Source: Eledone cirrhosa (Eukaryota). From it: DNA of 64,000 nt. The translations under genes and the position numbers were made by a program. Shown here piece after piece: positions 55,760-64,000 of the stretch. Each line of letters starts with the position of its first letter. Position 1 is the stretch's first letter. The stretch spans positions 33,480,001 to 33,544,000 of the forward strand of contig OZ024743.1 in assembly GCA_964016885.1 (NCBI GenBank). Direction: 5' to 3'. Under the pieces are notes generated by a model. The model saw only the letters and a list, made by a program, of their open reading frames with translations, ran no database searches and was not told the DNA's origin.

Positions 55760-57582
55760 TTAAATAATGAACAATAATGTCAAACACGCATCAATGTCCC
55801 ATTTGCAACAATGCCCCCACTCAGCATTCTTTTAAATCTTCTCTCTATACTTTAAGGGAAATAATTAGGGATTAAATTCATTAACTATGTTTCCATTTTT
55901 GTTTTGTCTTTTGTTTTAATTGGTGCCTATCAGCTGTAGCTTAATGCCAATGCCCTGTTTCAAAAGCAAAAGACAAATAAAGAATATAGCTTTAGCAATT
56001 ACACTGAGTTTCTTTTAAGAATATTAAGCCAATCTTAAAAGATGATATTATTTTCAAGGTGTCCACAACTGGTAGATCTTTTGAGGTCCATGAAATCTTT
56101 CTTTCTGCCTATCAATTCTTTCAGGGTAACCGCCTCTAAGCACAGTCTTTTGTTCAATATTTGTGTCATTAAGTGTATTGCATTATAAATGCAATAGTGT
56201 TATATTTTCAATCATATCCTCTAACAGGCCCAATAATAGTTCTTTATGAACAGCATCACCAGTTTTATAAGACTGTGCCATGATTGTCCTAACTTGGAGT
56301 TAAAGTACACATAGTGATTTCTATGAAGGTAAACACTCTATGAACACTTTTTTAACAGCATGTATAGCATTCAGGTTACTTTACAAGTTGTCTAGTGCAA
56401 ATATCTTATAATGTAGACAGGCTTTGGTGATCAGTGGGGCTTCACAACATTCTATGTGAGTACCCATCAAGGAATGCATTTCAAGATGCTTTTTATAAAC
56501 TCTATTTTCAAAAGACGAGGGTGCATTATTGAAAAGTAGGGGTGGCAGTGCTAGCTATCCAGTGCATCCCCCACCTTAGTGAGGGCCCATTTGCAGGGAG
56601 TTTATGATTTTGAATGTGTGTGTCGTTTATACATATATATTAAATATAACTATATGCATACATACATGCGTGCACGCGCACGCATGCGCACACACACGCA
56701 CACATATATATATGATTACAACTACAGTCTTTAGAAATAATGAAATAATAAACAAAATTTTCATAAACTTAATAATAATGTAATAGCTAAAGAAAAAAGT
56801 AAGCAATTATCTGTGAGGTAACCATTATGAATGCATTGTTTTCACAACATTCAACACATTTAATTGTTATTGAGGTTATTTCTTACAAAGGGATTTCTCG
56901 TGACCTTTTCTACTTAGCAAATAAAAGAATATGTTCGTAAAATACCAAGATATTTTTGGCAAAATTCACTTCCATGCTGAAGATTTTTATGACTGTATTA
57001 AAAAGAATTGTGAACATTTGGTAACTTGCCATCTATATATGTATGTTTAGTGGCTGTTATCATTACTCTTGTTATTGTCCTGTAAGGCTTGGTATAGACA
57101 GAGAACATCAGACTGTTCTCACTTGCAGCTGTCATGTTGGTTATCCTTCAGTTTTAGCCTTGATAAATGAACTAAAAATGATGATTTCTGTCAGAATCGT
57201 TTTCTCAATTGCTGGACTTTCACCAAAAATTTCTAATTTTTAGAACTGTTAGCTAATTTACTCCAATCAAATTTCATTAAAATAGACTGTTTTATTGTTT
57301 TTACATCATTATTTTCCCCAAAGGAAATGTTTTTGAGATAGAAATATACAATAGCATAGTGAGTAGAATGATAATAGTAACATATAGTTAGCCAGATTAA
57401 TCATTTGTAACTTTGGATGCTACCAAGAATAACATAAGTACATACAGTACTTTGCTCATAAGCTAGAGAATATTTTGAGAAATAACACACATTATCATCT
57501 ATTGGTATATTAGGAGAATTGTTGATACTATTTGATAATAATGATAAATACTAAAACAGGCACCACAAGGCATCTTGTTTAA

Positions 57583-57999
57583 TCCTTTAGCATTTACATT
57601 ACTCTATATATACTATTATATTTCCACAGTAAATGCTTTACCTCACGTAATTATCTCCGATTATATCGAATCTATGAGATTTTGATATTATTTATGTTGA
57701 GAACAATACCTTAACATCAGTATGAGTGGCTGGTTACAGCCGGTTTGGACAGAAAGGGGTGAGAGAATTCTGGCCGGATATGGCCGGTTTAACATTTAGC
57801 ATTTAAACTGGCCGTATCCGGCCAGAATTCTCTCATCTCTTTCTGTTCAAACCGGCTGTAACCAGTTACTTATACTTATGTTAAGATATTGTTCTCAACA
57901 TAAATAATATCAAAATCTCATAGATTCAATATTATGTTAGATAAAGTGTTTACTGTGAAAATACAATAGTATATATAGAGTAATGTTAATGCTAAAGGG
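57583..57999. mobile_element. Inverted dimer of MITE family B
   Basis: 57583-57793 (+) joined to 57795-57999 (-); outer TTAA at 57579-57582 and 58000-58003. Confidence 0.88.
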
Positions 58000-58599
58000 T
58001 TAAACACCACATTATAATGTGGAAAGTAATTGCACATTTTTATATCATATCAACTGTATATCTTGTATACTAATATATAATTAACTTTAGGTGGAGTATC
58101 TACAATTTAAATTTCAAAATAAAACATAAAAACTTAATGAGGAACCAAATATGTTTAATTATTAAGCTTGTTATCTAGTTCATTTTTTATGAGATTTTTG
58201 GTTTGTTGTACTGAATGACATAGTTTAAACAAATAAAATTAGACTTCTGTCATGAATTGAGATAAGTTTTGGTTACGGTTCTTTTGTATTATGAAATATG
58301 AGGTTTGTCATATTTATTAAACCAAAAAAGTTCTTCCGGTTTACTAATACTTGGAATTGTTACAAACAATGAGTTGAATCTATGTTTAAAATTATGCAAT
58401 TATATACAATTACATCTTGTTAGTAAAACTTATTTTCTGGACTACTAAAAAAAAAACAAAAAGAAACCGAATCTTTTGTTTTTTTTTGGCCTCATGGCAT
58501 TCAGTTGTGTCAAGTGCTACTTAATATGTCTGATTAAATTGTAGTGTCACTAATGAAGCTTGTTAATAGAGCAGAAAGTACTAATCATGAGTAAACAAC

Positions 58600-59055
58600 A
58601 GGACAAAAATAATAATGATACAATTTAGTATACAGTTAAAATTTGTGCCTGATTTCATACATGTATGTTGCATGGTAAAACTATGAGAGAGTGATGTATT
58701 TGTGCAACACAGAAGGAGCAATTGTAATGTGCTACTTCAAACACCACAAAACAAAGCTAACTAGAAAAATATTAGTTGACAATATTTCCATTATATATAG
58801 AATTGCTAACAAAATGGATGATTTATTATGGAAGTATTGCATATGATACAGCCAATGCCAAAATAAACACAGACAACAAAAACCCACACCATAAACAAAA
58901 TTTAAATGTGACTGATACCATATAAATCTTATGATCAAATGGTGGTAAAATCTGAACAAGTAATATTTTAATACAAAAGAAGCATTAGAGAAGACAGCAA
59001 CATTATATATCCTGAGGATGACACTAAAAGTCTAGACACTGATGTTGGATTTAAT
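58600..59055 (+). mobile_element. Probable Penelope-like element remnant (GIY-YIG C-terminal part plus downstream terminal sequence)
   Basis: EGAIVMCYFKHHKTKLTRKILVDNISIIYRIANKMDDFIMEVLHMIQ resembles the end of Penelope GIY-YIG endonucleases; decayed hammerhead-like core near 59010. Confidence 0.5.
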
Positions 59056-59188
59056 TTTATTATTTCTAACAAACTGCATGGAAACCTCAATTGAAATGAT
59101 AGAATTAGAACATAGTCATGTTTATAATGCAACATGTTAAAAAGAACAGCTTTTTCGAATAGATATATGTACATAATATATATATATA

Positions 59189-59370
59189 TAGTGAAATCCA
59201 TTATAATGAAATTCACGGGGTTAAAAAAAAATTTGTTGTAACAACAAATTCTTTATAACGAGATCAAATGAAACAAATCGAGCGTTTGTTATTACCCTGG
59301 GGACTGAAAAATATTTCATTATACTGAAAAATTTGTTATAATGTTATTTATTATAACAGAATTTTACCTG
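59189..59370. mobile_element. Tigger/pogo-like MITE
   Basis: Degenerate TIRs agtgaaatccattataatgaa / ttattataacagaattttacctg with internal ttataac motifs, in TA context. Confidence 0.55.
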
Positions 59371-59390
59371 TGTGTGTGTGTATATATCTA

Positions 59391-59431
<41 letters not shown>

Positions 59432-60037
59432 GTCAGGTCACCAGTTGGTGCTACTGGTAACATGTATCCCAGTACAACCTGTCTCATGGTCGGGTCGTTG
59501 GCGACTAAACTGGCAACCCTACCAAGGTTTCTTGGTGAGGAGGGTGACTTTGGACATCCTGCAGGACTAAAAACAAAACCTGTCAAAGGGCAAGGGAGCT
59601 CTTAAGACTCAATAGCCATCCAAAATCACCGGGAGAGATGACCCCTTAGCCTTTGTCAAGGCAGAATTCTAGGAGAAGGAAAACTCTGATATAACACCTG
59701 CAACCCTGATGGTATCCAATGATGTTGACTTGTTCTTCTTTTTGGTAAATATCATCTTGGTTAAGAGAGTGGGACTGGCTTTGTGCAGTGCCTTTGCTCA
59801 CTATAAAAGCTTCACAGCACAGGCATTGCTTTATATCTGGAGATCTCTCTGCACTTGTCATCACATGGTACCATGGGCCCTGCACTATGTGTCAATAATG
59901 GTCACAAGTGTAGTCTTTGTACCAGAGTTTTCAAGTCGCTGGCTGGACTAAAAAGTCACATTCGTTCAGCGCATCGGTAGGGGTTCTCCTACATGGATAT
60001 AAAGTAGTGGCCGTACTCGAAAACGAGTTGGCAGCCA

Positions 60038-60040
<3 letters not shown>
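59432..60040 (+). mobile_element. Bipartite non-autonomous RTE-derived retroelement within (TA)n
   Basis: (TA)n on both sides; UTR-like 5' part homologous to 3760; 3' part encodes CSLCTRVFKSLAGLKSHIRSAH* (59891-59980). Confidence 0.7.
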
Positions 60041-60075
<35 letters not shown>

Positions 60076-60489
60076 CTGCCTTTTCTATGCTACTGTGTCA
60101 TTTGTTTTTGTGTGTTTCTTTTTTTATCTTATTTTCTCTCCTTTGGCCATTTTTATCTTTCTCTTCATTTTCAGTTTTTTTTTGTTTGTGTAATTTGCCG
60201 AAAGGTACAACTTGTACTATGTCTACTTGCTTAGTTACATCCCAATGTGCAGTGGAATGGATAGTATCAATCTTGATGGTAATTTCCATAGGTTGACCAA
60301 TAAGAAAAGATTGTCTGGTTTTCCATTATTTTCTGGTCTTTGTCATATTCCCCACCCCTCTTTTTAGATATATATCTCATCACCATTTTACAGCCATTTT
60401 CTTAGATTAACATATTGCTTTCAGAAATATATTACATTTCACTGAAGATATAAAAATCAAGGTTTGTACCTGGAAAGTTGCCCTTTAAG

Positions 60490-60792
60490 GCATAAGCTTG
60501 GACAAGTTCTTTTCGAATAATAACTGCCCATGCATGTCTGTCTCCCTTCATGCCTCAGATGTTCTCCAAGGGAAAAAGCAAAGGTCCATTCCAAAAGCTT
60601 GACACCAGTGTTGTTGCCTGCAAACACCTCTCCACTTGGATTGGACTAACTGCTACTAGTACTCATTTTTTTCCAGCTGACTGGACTGGAGCAATGTAAA
60701 ATAAAGTGTCTTGCTCAACGACACTACACACTACCTGGTTCTAAAATCAAACACGCAACCATACAAACATGAACCCAACACTCTAACCACTA
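60490..60792 (-). mobile_element. Degenerate SINE with family C-like head and CORE-like block
   Basis: Reverse complement gives tagtggttagagtg...ttgagcaagacactttattttacattgctccagtccagtcagctgg. Confidence 0.65.
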
Positions 60793-61885
60793 GATGGATT
60801 CCAAATTCCTCATCAGTCATTTCTGTTATTGAAACTAAAGAAATTTGGGAATATTTGTATCAAGCTACTGTGATTATTACTTTCATCGTGGTGATAATTG
60901 AATTGAAATAAAATAGAAAATGGAGTTTGTGGAATAGATTTTTATTTTAATTATATTTGGTTGTGGCAATAATTCTGTATTTTAAGTATAATTAAATATG
61001 GCCACAATATCTTTAAACTCAGCTCTCTAGGAATCAACCTGAATTCTCTATAGCCTATACTATTATCCTAGTAATAGGCTATCAGCTACTATATATTCTG
61101 AACACTAAAAAGCTTTATACTATACTTTTATTTGTTGATTGTGTAGTTAAAGTAGATATACTGGTAATCAACTAAGTTGGTTGACAGATTTATATAGAGG
61201 CATTTACCTTTGATTTTTCACTTTGTCTGATTTTACAGAAAGCAGTCATGTAGTTATTAACTTTGTTCTATAACAAGGTATCGCCAATTCCCCTTAGTAC
61301 ATCTATCACTCTTATTATCAATACTGTGTTTCTATATCACAAGAGACCGTTTTTTAAATATTTTATTCCTACTTCATACATAGTTTTGAATAGCTGCCAT
61401 TTTCACTCTTAACAATCACTGATGCAAACCAAATGGGATTAGTTCTTTCTTGTTAGCAACTTATATTTCTGATTGCTCATATTTCTTTTTTCTCTATTTC
61501 TTCTAATGCACGTTTACATTCACACAGCTATCCACACAATTTGTTTCTCATCTCCACCTTTCTTGGACATATATTTATTACATTTTGATATGTTCATACA
61601 TACTTACAAAAATAAATAAAAAATAAACCATGAAAATATATCTTTGGATTATTGCTAAACAGAATTCTATTTATAACTTTTAACGTCCTATACCGCATGA
61701 AAACCACATTAGCTATTTTTGGAAAATATAAAACAGTGATATGAATGCATCACATTAAAAATTAGAATCTTTCCTCTAATGCTGTAAATTTTTACAACAA
61801 TCTGTCCACTTGTAAAGATAACAAAACCTGAATTTAAAAAAAACTATTTTTAGATATTTTCTGCTAAATAATCACTAGAGAACCC

Positions 61886-62082
61886 ATCTTTTGTTAACCA
61901 CCTGAAACTGTCCTTAGCCTTTTTATTTTTAAATGTTTATGTTTATCTAAAAACCTTCCATTATAATTTTATGTAAGAACCTTTATGTTCCAAACAGCAG
62001 TTTAATAATTCTTGATTATTTTCAAAATTATTTGAAAATGGCAGGCAGTGTTTTTACATTAGAAATATGGTTATGAAAGAGT
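61886..62082 (-). mobile_element. piggyBac-type MITE family A
   Basis: ccacctgaaac...gttccaaacagcag...cattagaaatatggttatgaaagag. Confidence 0.6.
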
Positions 62083-63800
62083 GAAATTATTATTGAGTTG
62101 AGTTAGGTTAGCTTTGTCATGCATATTGTTATATGGTATATTTGCATGAAGGATGGATAAATTATACAGTTTTGTTTTCATATAACAGTTTTTAAAAATA
62201 TTCTTTTGTTTTTTAAATAAGTTAAGCTCCGTTTCTATTGGTACTGGATGCTTTCAATTTGTCCATGTTACATATATATTTAATCTTTGAAACTGCAACT
62301 ACTCTATACTGGATGTCCATTTAGGTTACACTTTTGATACCAAATCACCCCAGAAACTGACTTTGTTATTACAATACAAAACTGCTTGTTTTAAAGTGTG
62401 TGATTTATCCAAAAAAGTTTCATTATAATTTTATGTCCAGTACTCTTTTTAGGTTCAAAATGTGGTACAGGATCCTTATCAATGAAGTTAGAGTGATGGA
62501 TTCATGCATTTCACTGTCATTACAGTTTTTCAACTCTTGCTTACTCAGTCGCTGAGGTATGAAAGTTAAATCTTATAGATTTAATGAACAAATTGTTCTT
62601 GGTGAAAGCATATTTACATGTAGAGCAATTGCACTAACACAGTGAGGTTAAGATTAAAAACATATACAATATGTTTACGGGAAATATCTATTTTAAATAT
62701 AATATAGTTAAGCATTGAGGTAAGGGTAGTTGATGCATGTATTGTTTCTCTATCTTTACAATCTATCATCATCTGCTTCCTTATGGCAGGTATACGAGCT
62801 GGTCAAGTTTGCACTATATGTAAATAAGCCTTTTCTAAGAATAGTTTATTTGAAATCTATATGACTTTACTATTTTACATACTTTGGTATCTAGGCATAA
62901 GTAAGCATGTATCCATTGCTCTTACTCCAATTCTAAGATTGTTGTGGCATGATCATAGCTTAAAATGCAGACAGTATGACTGAATGTTAATCTATTAGAT
63001 ATAAACATATTGTATATGAGTTCATATAGACCTATATTCTGTATCATGCTGTGTTAATTCTATTGCTAGCTAAACACTGGCTTTGCCAATTAAATTATGT
63101 TGTCAATAATGACTGCAATGTTATTGAATTCTTGAGAAAAATCCTCCCTCCTCTACAATTATCTGGCACCATACATTTTGACCCACACTAGGTAGTTAAT
63201 ATATAAATTTCATAAATTTTCTTCGTCAATTTTAATTTTTGTTATCAGCATAGTTTTATCTAACTGATATACCTCCTCAAACATTTGATTCCATACTGAT
63301 GTAGAATGAAACCAAAATTAAATGCTACTACTTTATTCATGTACCTGGTTATTAGTTTCACAATTTAACCATCAATTTTTTAAAGATACCTTTCTACCCT
63401 TTGTTATATTATTTAAACTATATTGTCATGAAATTAATTATTTTATGACCATAAAATGCACATTTCCTTGCACACCTAATAAATCACATTAATTCATGTG
63501 GACATTTTTCAAACTCTTCTGACAATTATCAGTAAATATATGCATAAAATATACTTCTAACAACAACTGGTCTATGCGTGAGATAATTCTTTATTTAATT
63601 TATTGAATTTTAAAAAAAAATCTATTTACAACTTATATGTGCATGCAAGTGTATGTGCTGTGTGTGTTTACACTTGCAATGCACACATATCAAGCAGTTG
63701 TATTTGTATGTCTTGTAACTGTCATCAAACATATATATCATTATCAAATTCACATTTTCCCTGCTTGCAAGAGCTGGTTATATATATATATATATATATA

Positions 63801-64000
63801 TCATCATCATCATCATCATCATCATCATACGTCTGCTTTTCCCTGCTTGCAAGGGTGGGTCGGGAACTGATTCTGGCTAGATTTCTACAGCTGGATCCCC
63901 TTCCCAAGACCAACCTCATTTACAGTGAGTGCTGGGTGCTTTTTTGCCGTGGCACCTCCACGACCACTTTGCAGAGGAATGATAGGGACCCCAGGCCTAT
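63801..64000 (-). mobile_element. SINE family C, 3' part (runs to the window edge)
   Basis: Reverse complement of ~4624-4813; (cat)n tail abutting (TA)n. Confidence 0.85.

Noticed and set aside
55990-56520. Possible host exon or transposase on the minus strand
   Set aside because: Frequent stops and no motif I can recognise

Overview
AT-rich animal genomic DNA. The repeat families resemble those of octopod cephalopods; this is an inference, not a database result. I found no intact host protein-coding gene, and the long ORFs in the track are artefacts of simple repeats. The window is almost entirely transposon-derived and tandem-repeat DNA. It holds a TTAA-flanked 1.94-kb piggyBac with a decayed transposase plus two derived TTAA MITE families, a 2.56-kb non-autonomous Helitron retaining STPR-like repeats, several RTE-clade LINE fragments, tRNA-derived SINEs, hAT/TcMar MITEs and a probable Penelope remnant. 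A ~10.3-kb alternating purine-pyrimidine array and a 200-N assembly gap are also present. The most unusual items are a TSD-flanked fold-back SINE with a perfect 50-bp hairpin, a compact bipartite RTE derivative inside (TA)n with a C2H2 finger and a structured 5' end, a PHD-type finger within an RTE reverse transcriptase, and several MITE-built palindromes. None is demonstrated to be a new biological system; all are hypotheses to test.
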